A DNA stretch of 64,000 nucleotides from an uncultured bacterium (GCA_947643145.1 CANRVD010000002.1:8360-72359); one strand, 5' to 3'. Counted from the first letter of the stretch, positions 41,301 through 51,377 are shown. Notes: a model not told the origin generated them from the letters alone. Made by a program: numbers and translations.

Positions 41301-42156
41301 TACTGTCACTTCAAATGAGACAGGTGAGGTATTGTTTGAGCAGGATTTTTCTCAGGATTTAGATACAAGGCTGGTTGCTTTCAATTTAGCTGAAAAAGGC
41401 GCTGTTGTACAGGATGGCGGCTTGAAAATTACGGAAGAAGCTGTTGGACGAAGCGGTTTCTATATGATTCAGCCGGACTGGAAGAATTATACCCTTACTT
41501 TGGAAGCGAAGAAGCTGACAGAACATGCAGAAATTTATGTCGGAGCCGGACTAAATGGAATAACTTCGGAATTCTTTTCCATTGATGAATTAAATCTGCT
41601 GGAGTATTGTATCGGATATGGATACTACGGAACGGGTCTTAAGGTGTTTAAGGATGGAAAGGAAGCATATACTATGGGGGATTATTCTTCCAGTGTATTT
41701 GCCGGTAATTTAAGAGCATGTTATGACGAACCCGTTGCACCGGGAGACTATACGGTAACGGTTAACTATGGCGGGGATGATGGCAAAGCCATAAAGTGCT
41801 GTTACAAGGCAGAAAATGGAGAAGAGAAGGGTGTACTGGATTATAAACTGGAAAGCTATAACCGCGATGTATACCACTCTGTTACCAGAGATGACAGGAA
41901 GGTCTACATTAAGCTTGTAAATGCAGAAGATTTTGTAAAGAAATTAAAGGTGAATCTGGATAAACTTTCTGTTAAGAAAGAGGCAAAGCTTGTTACGCTT
42001 ACCGGCGAAGCGGATTTGGTACATATACCAAATGTAAATACCAAGGAAGCGGAAAAAATTGTTCCGGTTACCAGACAGCTTGAAGTTCAGACAGAAGGTT
42101 TTGAGATAATACTTCCGGCAAATTCAGTTAATGTAGTAATATTAGAGAACGAATAA
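38392..42156 (+). CDS. GH51 alpha-L-arabinofuranosidase with N-terminal LamG domain, no signal peptide
   Basis: YGLFYEDIN, FLRFPGGC, GVGNENWG, VFVGEYA; start may be 38404. Confidence 0.9.
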   Translation: MRRNMSTNKDTVKQNMIAWYPFDDSADVGKDISGHGNTAVAKGEKKPFIREVFGRNAAVFQGEKFGASYFELPKEILKDVSDDAGFTVSAWLCCEKAVSVWERVFDFGKGKGKPFLFLSRFMRGVCHTGEDLAADAGKACPIGEWVHIAMTIDGTKGGSLSSAGPRVYMDGELVADGFISQTSSGTYKKLRQWFAMIADGSNYQYNYIGHSQFPADADFCGAMSDFRIYKEALSEEEIISLMCESLSEEEILELVRDKFLPDPAKIITKDIHLPDKLMEGRVSVSWSCNFADVISDSGKVSPVAEPTGVCIKAVLTCGSHSVKKEFFSTVIPENLAPYELTIHGDKEVLDISKTLYGLFYEDINNAADGGIYAEMIQNRSFEEFTYKVYDTESGENGISSGRDHEPLRFWFGDLDKVTVKNKGGLNEHFGLTDADANAYYVAVQSGAVIYNRGFCDKNLKHSMNLIEGEGYQFSIWAKSAAGAKITVTLLDDKENKVSNQVEVAIDASGEWKKYKAEKLVADKKVMGQICLKFEGDAEIDMVSLMPDNVWGAKEESVSKSAHMNYNSNSNYRLRRDLVEALVELHPTFLRFPGGCISEGSYIWENVYDWKDSVGDVEVRKENYNVWGYTMTMGLGYMEYFQLAEDLNAEPLPVMACGVLCQARSDYANPAGGKLQEKYISNFTDLIDFAISTDFEGNEWAALRKKMGHEAPFGLHYLGVGNENWGTEFFASFEDFKHAIDVHMEKTYPGYELHIISTAGAQADDDAYQGGWKFLAGYQQGTATVSFTDGQKSFQKEVSWYPYEKNYLSTIVDEHYYRSNEYLLENVDRYNYYYRPYENGKLVENQVSKVFVGEYASSDKNTLAGAVAEAATMTGFERNSDVVRLAATAPLFNKVVMDGTYRWTPDAIWFDNESMWRTPNYYVQQMFAENIGDKLLETSYATYMSGRKKELEPCGGITVAVAEGEVLLKKLTVTSNETGEVLFEQDFSQDLDTRLVAFNLAEKGAVVQDGGLKITEEAVGRSGFYMIQPDWKNYTLTLEAKKLTEHAEIYVGAGLNGITSEFFSIDELNLLEYCIGYGYYGTGLKVFKDGKEAYTMGDYSSSVFAGNLRACYDEPVAPGDYTVTVNYGGDDGKAIKCCYKAENGEEKGVLDYKLESYNRDVYHSVTRDDRKVYIKLVNAEDFVKKLKVNLDKLSVKKEAKLVTLTGEADLVHIPNVNTKEAEKIVPVTRQLEVQTEGFEIILPANSVNVVILENE

Positions 42157-42240
42157 AAAAGCGCACCGACTTTGCTGGTACGCTAGCAAAAAGCTTTGCT
42201 TTTTGTTGGCGTACCGCTACATTTCGAGCAGTTTCCGATA
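42155..42240 (-). repeat. REP-like element, long form
   Basis: Reverse-complement homolog of 35896-35984. Confidence 0.85.
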
Positions 42241-42313
42241 CAGTAAAAAAGTGGGAGGATGTTAACGCATCCCCCCATTTTGTAATACGAAGAACTTTAG
42301 TTCTTTGGATTTC

Positions 42314-43435
42314 TTATTCAATAACAATATTTGCACAATTCATATCATTTGCAAGGTCATAAACAGTACCCGTAGATAGACTTACAACTGTCGGACGCAG
42401 GACAGATTCCGGATTGTTTTTGACAACCCGGGCATCCTCGCCATTGCTCAGTTTGACGGTTGTGTCTACAGGGTAGAGAATGACGCTGGCAAGAAAGCTT
42501 TTCATAGCGGTGATATCCAGTTCATCTGTCATAGACATAATGATTTCAACAGCGGTACGCTGAGACATAGGTTTTTTGTAAGGGCGTTCCGTAACCAAGG
42601 CATCATATACATCTGCAACAGAAAGAATCTTGGCATAAGGTGAAATTTTTTCCGCCGTGACTCCCAATGGGTATCCTTTCCCGTTTATTTTCTCATGGTG
42701 CTGCAGTACAGCAAGGGAGATGGCGGTAGAAAATTCATTTTTTTCCTTCAATATCTGATATCCATAAACAGTGTGCTGTTTCATAACAGCAAATTCTTCA
42801 TCATTCAGACGGTCAGGCTTATTTAGGATTTCAAGAGGGATTTTTGATTTTCCCATATCATGAAGAAGACCTGAAATTCCAATATTATAAATATCGTCCT
42901 GCTTTAATCCCTGTTTTTTGGCAATAATCATAGACATAGTCGCCACATCAACACTGTGTTTGAATGTATATTCATCACTTGTCTTTAAGGCATTGATATC
43001 GACAGCGATAGCAGCGTTATCATTAATTGCTTTCATAAGGTTGTTAGTTATATTATTTGTAGTAGTAGAAAAATTAGCGGAATCAGAATTGTTATATAGA
43101 TACTGTATTCCTTCGGAAATCCTTTTTTTAACACTTTCCGTCAATGTTACCTTGGCAGGGTCCTCTTCGCGGTATTTGGAAATATTATTACGCGCAGCAG
43201 CACAAACCGGAATTTGTTCCTCTGTTTTTTGAACTTCTATATCTTCTTCACCTTCCTGAACGTAAACTCCACCCAAGCCAAGTTTTTTTAAAGAGTCAAT
43301 CAGATAATCATTCAGGATGGTACCTTTTGCTATGAGAACCCGGTCCATGCGGTCTTTGATGTTTTGTGATATCATCATTCCCTCCTCCAGAGAGCGGGTT
43401 CTTACAAAATAGCGTTTTATCAATTTAATCACCAC
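42314..43435 (-). CDS. HD-GYP c-di-GMP phosphodiesterase
   Basis: HDMGK, HHEKINGKGYP, ADVYD. Confidence 0.93.
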   Translation of the reverse strand: MVIKLIKRYFVRTRSLEEGMMISQNIKDRMDRVLIAKGTILNDYLIDSLKKLGLGGVYVQEGEEDIEVQKTEEQIPVCAAARNNISKYREEDPAKVTLTESVKKRISEGIQYLYNNSDSANFSTTTNNITNNLMKAINDNAAIAVDINALKTSDEYTFKHSVDVATMSMIIAKKQGLKQDDIYNIGISGLLHDMGKSKIPLEILNKPDRLNDEEFAVMKQHTVYGYQILKEKNEFSTAISLAVLQHHEKINGKGYPLGVTAEKISPYAKILSVADVYDALVTERPYKKPMSQRTAVEIIMSMTDELDITAMKSFLASVILYPVDTTVKLSNGEDARVVKNNPESVLRPTVVSLSTGTVYDLANDMNCANIVIE

Positions 43436-43664
43436 TTTCTCAAGCTCATTCTCAAGCTCATTTTCAATATGGTCATTATAACGTATTTAGGAATAGTTTC
43501 CAATCTCTTTGTTGATTTTTTTATAAAAATGGAGGGAGTACTGTTACTCGGAATAAATGGTAACGGAGTACTGGTAGTGACGGATTTTCAGAGGAATTGT
43601 TGACTTGAAGTAAAAAAGTGGTAAAATAAAACAACAAGTATGTTAAAGGAGGCGATAGCAAATC

Positions 43665-46073
43665 ATGAATAATTTATTTATAGAAGTGCCAATTGGAACA
43701 CTTTGCTGCTTCCTGTTTCTGTTTTTTACGTTTTTAAATACGGTCAAAACAAAATCTGTGCGTTCTATGCAGTTAATGCTGTTATGCTGTATTATGTGGA
43801 CAGCGGGTGATTTATTTACACGTTTGAAAATTTATCCGGGTGTCCATTTCTGGTATAGTGTTTCTTTGCTGGGGCTGGTTATGATACCGGTATATATTTA
43901 TTATTTTCTGTTTCAAATCTTAGAAATTCAAAATCAGTCAGTGCTTTTCATGTATTCGCTGGTTAGTTTCTTTATTGCAGTGGCAAATGCTGCTTCGGGG
44001 CTGTTTCTTGATGAGTCTCGGACTTTACGTAATAAGAGTGGTGCAGAGGCTTATGCATACTCAACTAATCCAGTGGTGTATTTGCTGATTGCTTTTGAAG
44101 TTGTTGTTTTAGTATGTGTCAGTATATTTGTTTATAGAAAAATTAGAAATAATACTATTATAGGAAAAAAACTTGTACCACTGCTTATTGGTATTTTGTT
44201 TATTTTGATTGGAAACGTGCTGGAGACAGTCTCTATCAATAAGTTTCCGTATGGAAGCCTTGGCGGGGTAGTTTTGGCAGGCAGCGTAACCTGCATGATT
44301 TACCGCCAGTATCTTTTTGATATTTCTAAACGTTTACAGATTGGTGCCATATATATGCTGGCCAGCTTTTTGTTGTTTATCCCTATCTGGCATGTGAGCA
44401 AAAATCTTAACATGCTGATGGATGCTATCTCTCTGCCGCTGGAGGAGCTTCTGTTTATTTTGGGGATTGTCCTGCTTGTATGGTCCCTGTTAGTTATATT
44501 GCCAGTCATTGCTCTTGCAAATCGTCTGGAGCAGCGGGAATCAGAAAAGCAATTTGAACAGCTTCAGGTATTTCAACAGGAAACATTATCGGTATTTGAT
44601 ATCTTTGCATTATGTCAGAAGATTTTAGCGGTTGTACCGGAGCTGGTTCAGAATGCAAAAGCTATCATTGCATTGCGGGATGAAGCTGCAAATATGTTTG
44701 ATTTGGCGGACAGTGAATCAGACGGTAAGATAATACAGGAGACGGAAGAGGAAGCTGCAAAGTCTTATCGAAATGTGGTGGGAAAAGATGCTGGTGAAGT
44801 GATGGAAATCAGATGTAATGATACTTTTCAGGGATATCTTCGCATAAAGCGAAAACGAAAGCTAAATTATATAGAACTTGAATATTTCAAGCAGCTTGTA
44901 TCACATATAGGAATCTGTATGAAAAACATCCAGATTTATCAGCAAAGATATCAGATGACCATACATGATGATTTGACAGGACTTTATAACCGCAGATATT
45001 TTCCAGAGCACATGAAAAAGCATTGGGATAAAAAAGACAGGTATGCCTTTCTGTATATGGATATCGATAATTTTAAGCTGTTTAATGATATTTATGGCGA
45101 GGAGTACGGAGATAATGTTCTGAAGTGGTGTGGAAAAGTTGTTCGGAGTATGGTAGGCAGTAAAGGAAAGATATTCCGCATGGGTTCTAATGAATATCTT
45201 GCCTGTATCAGTGGGATGGGCAGGGAAGAGGCATTACGGATTGCAGAAGGGATTCAGAAAAATCTACAGAAGAATACTGACGATAAGCCAAAGGTGCTTC
45301 AGCCTGTTACAATGAGTATAGGGATTGCAATGGAAACTACCAGGGCAGCAGGATATGACGATCTACTGAAACAGGCAGAACGTGCAGCTTTTTTTGCGAA
45401 ACAGAAGGGCAAGGATTGTATTGAAATATATGGGGATACAAAAGATGACGGAAAAGGCAGTACAGAGAATGTCAGCGCATATGAACAGATTTCATCAACT
45501 GTTTATGCCCTGACGGCTGCGATTAATGCAAAGGATTCCTATACCTTTGACCATTCCATGAATGTATCAAAGTATGCTGTATTGTTGGCGAGGGAGCTTG
45601 GGCTTGATAAAAATGAAGTACGTATCGTAAAGGAAGCAGGAATGCTCCATGACATAGGTAAGATTGGCATTTCAGAGTATATTTTGCAGAAGGAAGGCCC
45701 ATTGACAAAAGAGGAATATGAAACCATGAAGACACATGTCACCAAATCGGTTGAAATGATACATTTCCTGCCGAATATGAATTATGTAATTCCGGCAGTT
45801 CTTTCACATCATGAGCGCTACGATGGAAAGGGCTATCCACGCGGAATTGCTGGAGAAGAAATTCCACTTTTGGGACGGATTCTCGCTATATGCGACTGTT
45901 ATGATGCGATTGTTTCCAGACGTAATTATAAAGTAGAATATTCAAAAAGTTATGCCATTGAGGAATTGCAGAAAAATAAGGGAACGCAGTTTGACCCCGA
46001 TTTGGTTGATGTTTTTATAACATTAATCCCACATTTAGACAGACAGGTTGAGGAAAATGGAAGGGTTAGTTAA
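43665..46073 (+). CDS. Membrane sensor with degenerate GGDEF and intact HD-GYP domains
   Basis: Multi-TM N-terminus; DDLTGLYNRR, DIDNFK, active site GSNEY; HDIGK and HHERYDGKGYP. Confidence 0.88.
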   Translation: MNNLFIEVPIGTLCCFLFLFFTFLNTVKTKSVRSMQLMLLCCIMWTAGDLFTRLKIYPGVHFWYSVSLLGLVMIPVYIYYFLFQILEIQNQSVLFMYSLVSFFIAVANAASGLFLDESRTLRNKSGAEAYAYSTNPVVYLLIAFEVVVLVCVSIFVYRKIRNNTIIGKKLVPLLIGILFILIGNVLETVSINKFPYGSLGGVVLAGSVTCMIYRQYLFDISKRLQIGAIYMLASFLLFIPIWHVSKNLNMLMDAISLPLEELLFILGIVLLVWSLLVILPVIALANRLEQRESEKQFEQLQVFQQETLSVFDIFALCQKILAVVPELVQNAKAIIALRDEAANMFDLADSESDGKIIQETEEEAAKSYRNVVGKDAGEVMEIRCNDTFQGYLRIKRKRKLNYIELEYFKQLVSHIGICMKNIQIYQQRYQMTIHDDLTGLYNRRYFPEHMKKHWDKKDRYAFLYMDIDNFKLFNDIYGEEYGDNVLKWCGKVVRSMVGSKGKIFRMGSNEYLACISGMGREEALRIAEGIQKNLQKNTDDKPKVLQPVTMSIGIAMETTRAAGYDDLLKQAERAAFFAKQKGKDCIEIYGDTKDDGKGSTENVSAYEQISSTVYALTAAINAKDSYTFDHSMNVSKYAVLLARELGLDKNEVRIVKEAGMLHDIGKIGISEYILQKEGPLTKEEYETMKTHVTKSVEMIHFLPNMNYVIPAVLSHHERYDGKGYPRGIAGEEIPLLGRILAICDCYDAIVSRRNYKVEYSKSYAIEELQKNKGTQFDPDLVDVFITLIPHLDRQVEENGRVS

Positions 46074-46810
46074 TGGGAGAGACAATACAGAGCTGGTGTG
46101 AACGGTCAGAGATTCTTTTTGGACATGAGAATATTGAAAAACTGAAGGCTGCCAGAGTGGCAGTCTTTGGCATAGGCGGTGTGGGCGGCTATACAGTAGA
46201 AGCACTTGCAAGGAGCGGTATCGGTATCTTAGATTTGATTGATAAAGATACGGTCAGTATAAGTAATATTAACCGTCAGATTTATGCAACGCACCACACA
46301 GTTGGCAGATATAAGGTGGAAGTGGCAAAGGAGCGGATTCTTTCAATAAATCCAGAGGCGGTAGTCAATACATATCCGGTGTTTTATCTGCCGGAGACAG
46401 CAAGAGACTTTGATTTTGCTGAATATGATTACGTAGTGGATGCGATTGACACTGTGACAGGGAAAATAGAGCTGGTTATGAAGGCGCAGAAAGCGGATGT
46501 GCCGATTATCAGTTCTATGGGAGCCGGAAATAAAATTGAGCCTGCCGCATTTGAAGTGGCAGATATTTATGATACCTCTGTCTGCCCTTTGGCAAAGGTG
46601 ATGCGCAGAGAATTAAAAAAGCGTGGGGTTAAGAAGCTGAAGGTTGTTTACTCAAGGGAAAAGCCGGTTTCATCCAGGATAGAAATTGAGGAAGAAAGCC
46701 GCAGGCGGGCTCCGGGAAGTAATGCATTTGTGCCTTCTGTGGCAGGATTGATTATGGCGGGAGAAGTAATCAAGGATTTAACAAATATGAAAGCGCAGAT
46801 AGGGGGATGA
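46073..46810 (+). CDS. tcdA: tRNA threonylcarbamoyladenosine dehydratase (ThiF family)
   Basis: GIGGVG, SNINRQ, DAID, SMGAG, CPLAKVMR. Confidence 0.85.
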   Translation: MGETIQSWCERSEILFGHENIEKLKAARVAVFGIGGVGGYTVEALARSGIGILDLIDKDTVSISNINRQIYATHHTVGRYKVEVAKERILSINPEAVVNTYPVFYLPETARDFDFAEYDYVVDAIDTVTGKIELVMKAQKADVPIISSMGAGNKIEPAAFEVADIYDTSVCPLAKVMRRELKKRGVKKLKVVYSREKPVSSRIEIEEESRRRAPGSNAFVPSVAGLIMAGEVIKDLTNMKAQIGG

Positions 46811-46811
46811 A

Positions 46812-47330
46812 ATGGATTTAAAGAGGAATATTTTAGATTCTTTGAAAGAGTGTGAAATAAAGCTTGGGTACAGAAAAGAGGCGGTCAGCCTGTATTATCC
46901 TCAAAACGTGTTAAAAGAGCTGCTTTTGGCAACAGATGATAATTTGCTGGAAAAAATGAATAGATTTTGTCAGTCTGTCGTCGAAGAATTGGGGGAAGTA
47001 TGTATTGTGAAAACGCAGGAAGCGGGACGGTATCAGATTGTTATTCCTGAAAAAGGGGTAGCCTATGTCCATGAAAATGTCGAAGCAAGCGCTTTTTTGA
47101 AAGCTTTTGTCGAAAATATATATAAGCCGGGAATAAGAAAAGAAGATATGATTTCATTGTTTCGGCGGTTTAGTGATAAGGTGATCGTGGAGCAGGCAGA
47201 TGAAAAGGAATGGGCGGTTTATTTTGAATTGCCGGAAATGGATGCTTATGTGTATTATATAGAAGAAGATGAATTTGGACTACAGTATCATCGTTTTACA
47301 CGGGAATCATACCGGGAGTTGGTGAAATAA
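46812..47330 (+). CDS. Conserved hypothetical protein (DUF3877-like)
   Basis: KLGYRKEAVSLYYP start and YHRFT end. Confidence 0.7.
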   Translation: MDLKRNILDSLKECEIKLGYRKEAVSLYYPQNVLKELLLATDDNLLEKMNRFCQSVVEELGEVCIVKTQEAGRYQIVIPEKGVAYVHENVEASAFLKAFVENIYKPGIRKEDMISLFRRFSDKVIVEQADEKEWAVYFELPEMDAYVYYIEEDEFGLQYHRFTRESYRELVK

Positions 47331-47611
47331 CGTTACTGTTTACACTGCTGTTACCGAGCCGGAGTGAACAGTAACACAATATTATACTTTATCAGGCAAA
47401 AAGTGTATTTAGTAGTTGAAGATACATGGCAAGTATGTTATACTAATTTTAGTGAAACAGGGAGCGGCCTTATGTGGTTACAATATAAGACCATCGGCAC
47501 TTATAATATCGTGGGATTGCAGAAAGTTTTGCAGGAGAAGGTTAAAAGATAAAGGTGTTAGGAGCACTAAAGGAAGCAGAATCAACGGGAGGTTCTGCTT
47601 CTTTTTTGAGG

Positions 47612-47651
47612 GATAGGAAAGTTCGCACCAGCGAAGTTGGTGCGCTTTTTT
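47612..47651 (+). repeat. REP-like element, internally deleted
   Basis: TAGGAAAGTTC fused directly to GCACCAGCGAAGTTGGTGCGC+T run. Confidence 0.75.
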
Positions 47652-47685
47652 AGGGAACAATTATATAATACAAGGAGGAATATCA

Positions 47686-49137
47686 ATGAACGAAATGAAG
47701 GTAAAGACCATTCATATGGGGGCGGCACAGTGTGCTGTTGATTTAGGGGATGGCAGTGAGCGTGGAGAATATGTAAATCAGGACTACATTCTTCAAAAAC
47801 TGGGAAGGCCGCATAGGGCGATTAGTCTGATGTACTGTTATTATCCCAATGATGATAAATGGCCGGGGCGTGTCAGTGTGGTACATGCAGACCCGTCCAT
47901 TCAATTTGCATGGGATTATCCGTATGATGACTATTTTACATACAAAGGCGGATTGAATGGGACAAGGGAGGATGAGCCGTTTACATATATGCGTGATATC
48001 CGCAGGCATGGTCAGGACGTACTTCTGACCATAACGATTGACCCAAAGCTTTCCGATGACCATATTATTGCGATTGCAAAGGATTTGCAGACTTTTGGGC
48101 GTGTTATGCTCCGTATAAACCATGAGGCAACCGGAGACTGGTTCTCATTCAATAAGCGTGCCTCCTATGAGGAGGTTGCTGCTTTCTTTACACACTGCTG
48201 TGAAATCATTCACCGCGAAGCGCCAAATGTAAAAGTTATTATTTGTCTGGATGGCTGTAAAGAGTTGGAAGATGAAAAAATGGAGAAGGAAGATATCTTT
48301 GCGGAGGCTTCCAGAGCAGCAGATATCGTTTCTGTTGACAGATATATGGCTCTTCACTGGGGTTGGCCATATGATGTGGCAGAGGAGGGTGGAACTACCT
48401 TTGCACGTTATACGGTAGATAAGATATATAATCTGGCAAAAAAGAGTTATGAAAGATATACTTTTGTAAATGATGGTGTGAAAAAGCCAATGGTGCTTTC
48501 AGAATTTAATGCTGACGGTGATGTTACCGGGCCTTATGATCAGGCAGAAATGGTAAAGGATTTCTGCGAAATGCTGAAAGCAGACAGCGAAAAATGGCTG
48601 AATGGCTTTACTTTATACCAGATGCGTGACCGCGGCCGTCTGGGACTTGAGATAGAAGACCCTAATAATGCAGAAGTGGGAATTGAGCAGCCTGTACTGG
48701 AAACATACAAAGAGATTATTCATGAGGAATTTTTCAGCCCTGCAATGGAAGAAGGGGCAGAAGTTTCCCTTCCGGTAAAACTTCGCTGGGGCGGTTCTGA
48801 AGATGCAGATGGAGTTGCTGTATCAATACATTTTGAAGGTAATCCTACATTTTGTGAAGTTTACTTTGAAGAGGAATCTCTTCTTGACATGAATTTAATG
48901 TTAGAAATAAACAACCACTGGTTCTATAAAGCGCCAGGAGTAAAATGCATTGATATGATGAGTGCATTTTATAAGAAACCATTATCTGGTGCCGTGGACC
49001 TGACATTAAAGATATTTGCGCCGCCTGCTTCCGGTGAAAATGATGCTTCCCAGGGAGAGGACTGGATGACAAACTATTATACAGAATTAAAGGTAATGCC
49101 TAAGATTCGTGTACGTTTTGCTCCGATTGTAAAGTAA
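47686..49137 (+). CDS. GH26-like glycoside hydrolase, cytoplasmic
   Basis: LRINHEATGDWF acid/base motif and VLSEF nucleophile motif. Confidence 0.7.
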   Translation: MNEMKVKTIHMGAAQCAVDLGDGSERGEYVNQDYILQKLGRPHRAISLMYCYYPNDDKWPGRVSVVHADPSIQFAWDYPYDDYFTYKGGLNGTREDEPFTYMRDIRRHGQDVLLTITIDPKLSDDHIIAIAKDLQTFGRVMLRINHEATGDWFSFNKRASYEEVAAFFTHCCEIIHREAPNVKVIICLDGCKELEDEKMEKEDIFAEASRAADIVSVDRYMALHWGWPYDVAEEGGTTFARYTVDKIYNLAKKSYERYTFVNDGVKKPMVLSEFNADGDVTGPYDQAEMVKDFCEMLKADSEKWLNGFTLYQMRDRGRLGLEIEDPNNAEVGIEQPVLETYKEIIHEEFFSPAMEEGAEVSLPVKLRWGGSEDADGVAVSIHFEGNPTFCEVYFEEESLLDMNLMLEINNHWFYKAPGVKCIDMMSAFYKKPLSGAVDLTLKIFAPPASGENDASQGEDWMTNYYTELKVMPKIRVRFAPIVK

Positions 49138-49418
49138 TATCGGGCAATTACCATGTGTTGCTTTTTGTTGGTTTTAGTGACTATATAACAAAAGGCAACA
49201 TTTTTTTTAAAGTTAATGTGTGAATTTTTTTTTGAGTTTTTTTGTCAAAATAGTATCGACAATTTGCATAAAATGAAATATAATAGTACTTATCTATAAG
49301 TACGTAAAGGGTGTTTTAATTAAGAGGACACTCGTGGATAGGTTGACTGGCACAATTTGGAACGGATTCCGAATTCAGTTATAAAATATGGCAAAATCCA
49401 AGGAAAGGAGAGATTGCT

Positions 49419-50696
49419 ATGGACACTAGTGTGTATAATTATTTAGTATCTAGCTTTGACCCGAAATACAAAACAAATTATGCCCATGATGCAAGAGAGC
49501 TGCGTTCTATTGTGAAGAGGATACGTAAGCAGACGCAGACCTCGCCGGTATATCTTGTTAATTTTACAAATTCAAAGCAGTCATTTGTACTTGGGGTAAA
49601 GGAATCTTCTATGAAGATTGCAGAGTCGTTGCGGGTTTTGGCAGATGATTCAGCAGATAGCATTTTTTTGAGGAAAACAGCACAGTCTTCAGATGTAGAG
49701 CAGGTGGGGGCAGAGTTGATTGATGCAGATGGTAAGCCGCTTCCGGGTGATTTTTCAATTCGCGTAAAGCAGCTGGCTAATTCACAGGTGAATCAGGGAA
49801 AAGAGTATTATGAGACTGGCAAGGGGCTGTCGGCTGGCAGTTATCAGTTCCGTGTTACAGTAAATGATATTGGTTATGATTTCCAATATAATATTAGAAA
49901 AGATGCGAATCACCGTGAGGTAATACAGGGACTTTCCAGTTTTATTACTAAGGCCGCGATTGGATTGAAAGCAGAACCGTTCTTATTTGGGCAGGGTAAG
50001 ATTGCCATGCGCCTGGAGTCTACGATGGTAGGTACTCCGGATGGAAATGCAACATTCACTTTAAAAGATAAGAATTCAGATAATATAGGTCGTGGTATTG
50101 TTGATTATTATGGTTTAAATAATGTATTAGTGATGCCAAAGAGTGCCGTTTTTGATTTGAACGGAGTAGAAAAGACTTCCATAAATAATGAGTTTACATT
50201 AGGAAGAGTAGTCAAGGTTACATTACACCGGCCTTCGAAGACAGAGGCATATGTTGATTATCATCCAGATAGGGAAGCGATTCTTGATGGAGTACAGAAT
50301 TTCATCTCCAGTTACAACGAACTGGTTGACCGTAATCTTGAATTTGAACATCGTGTGGATATGCCGTCTAAGCTGTTACGAGAGTTAAAAGGACTTTCCA
50401 AAACATTTTCAAATGAACTGGAAGCCTGTGGCATTACTTTTGATACAGATGGATATATGAGTTTAGACAGATCACTGGCAATACAGGCAATCGAATCGGG
50501 GGATATGCAGAAGCTGTTCCAGCTAGATTCTCATGTGACCAGCCGCTTGTTTACGAAAGCGGATTCTGTTAAGATTAATCCAATGGAATATATTGATAAG
50601 AAGGTGGTTAGCTATCATGATTTTTCAAAACCGCCAAGAGGATATTCCTATATCACATCTTTGTATTCTGGTTTATTGTTTAATTCGTATTGTTGA
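49419..50696 (+). CDS. FliD-like flagellar cap-related protein
   Basis: SIRVKQLANSQ, FISSYNEL, LEACGITFDTDGYMSLD FliD_C-like motifs. Confidence 0.65.
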   Translation: MDTSVYNYLVSSFDPKYKTNYAHDARELRSIVKRIRKQTQTSPVYLVNFTNSKQSFVLGVKESSMKIAESLRVLADDSADSIFLRKTAQSSDVEQVGAELIDADGKPLPGDFSIRVKQLANSQVNQGKEYYETGKGLSAGSYQFRVTVNDIGYDFQYNIRKDANHREVIQGLSSFITKAAIGLKAEPFLFGQGKIAMRLESTMVGTPDGNATFTLKDKNSDNIGRGIVDYYGLNNVLVMPKSAVFDLNGVEKTSINNEFTLGRVVKVTLHRPSKTEAYVDYHPDREAILDGVQNFISSYNELVDRNLEFEHRVDMPSKLLRELKGLSKTFSNELEACGITFDTDGYMSLDRSLAIQAIESGDMQKLFQLDSHVTSRLFTKADSVKINPMEYIDKKVVSYHDFSKPPRGYSYITSLYSGLLFNSYC

Positions 50697-50722
50697 TTTA
50701 TCGTTACGATTCATACTTCATT

Positions 50723-51091
50723 TTACTGGGCTACCCCATCAAGGGTAGCCTTTTTTGAAGAAATAATAGAAACGACAACTTTATGTGGAAGGCAGACCAG
50801 AGTTTCACCCTGCTTGGAAATTTTCCTTTGGTGTACACAGAGCTTATCGGGGCAATTTGCTGTTATGATGCGGGCATGGCCGTCTTTTATTTCTAAAATA
50901 TTCTCTTCTTCTGCCTCTGCCTGTATTGTGTAAGAGGTGTTTTGATTTAGCGGAAATGTTTTAACAGCAACCCCATCTACGGAAACCTGAACCATATCAC
51001 CATGCTTTGGGTATACGATAAAATAAGCTGTTGCTATAACAAGGGCAAGGAACAGGATTCCGGCAAGTAAAAGTATATCATTTTTTTTCAT
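50723..51091 (-). CDS. NusG domain II-containing (DUF1312) protein
   Basis: N-terminal TM; ANCPDKLCV and LVCLPHKVVV. Confidence 0.88.
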   Translation of the reverse strand: MKKNDILLLAGILFLALVIATAYFIVYPKHGDMVQVSVDGVAVKTFPLNQNTSYTIQAEAEEENILEIKDGHARIITANCPDKLCVHQRKISKQGETLVCLPHKVVVSIISSKKATLDGVAQ

Positions 51092-51100
51092 ATTTCCCCC

Positions 51101-51224
51101 TATTCGTTATGATTCACGTCCGTTCTAAACCGTATGCGTAAAACCATCCGGCTATGCAGTCTGCTGCTGCAAAACCAACAGCATATGTTTTCCTTATGCC
51201 ATTTGGAATGGCTTATACATCTAC
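51101..51224 (-). repeat. Repeat family D
   Basis: Homologous to 35989-36117. Confidence 0.7.
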
Positions 51225-51327
51225 TTTCAGAAGCCAGCCAAGCTTTTACGTACAAGCACGACAAGTTTGCCTGATTTCTGGACTTAGCTGCGAATAGTAA
51301 ATTCATTTCTGCAACATACTATTTTAA

Positions 51328-51377
51328 ATGCATCGCTGTGTTCAGCCGTCTTGCAGAGTGAAAATTTATCCTGCGTG
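51328..51377. repeat. Half of MITE core type 1
   Basis: GCATCGC..TTCAGCCGTCTTGCAGAGTGAAAATTTATCCTGCGT matches the core of 33441 and 2284. Confidence 0.65.

Noticed and set aside
43437-43462. 12-bp tandem duplication TTCTCAAGCTCA
   Set aside because: Only two copies, no functional evidence
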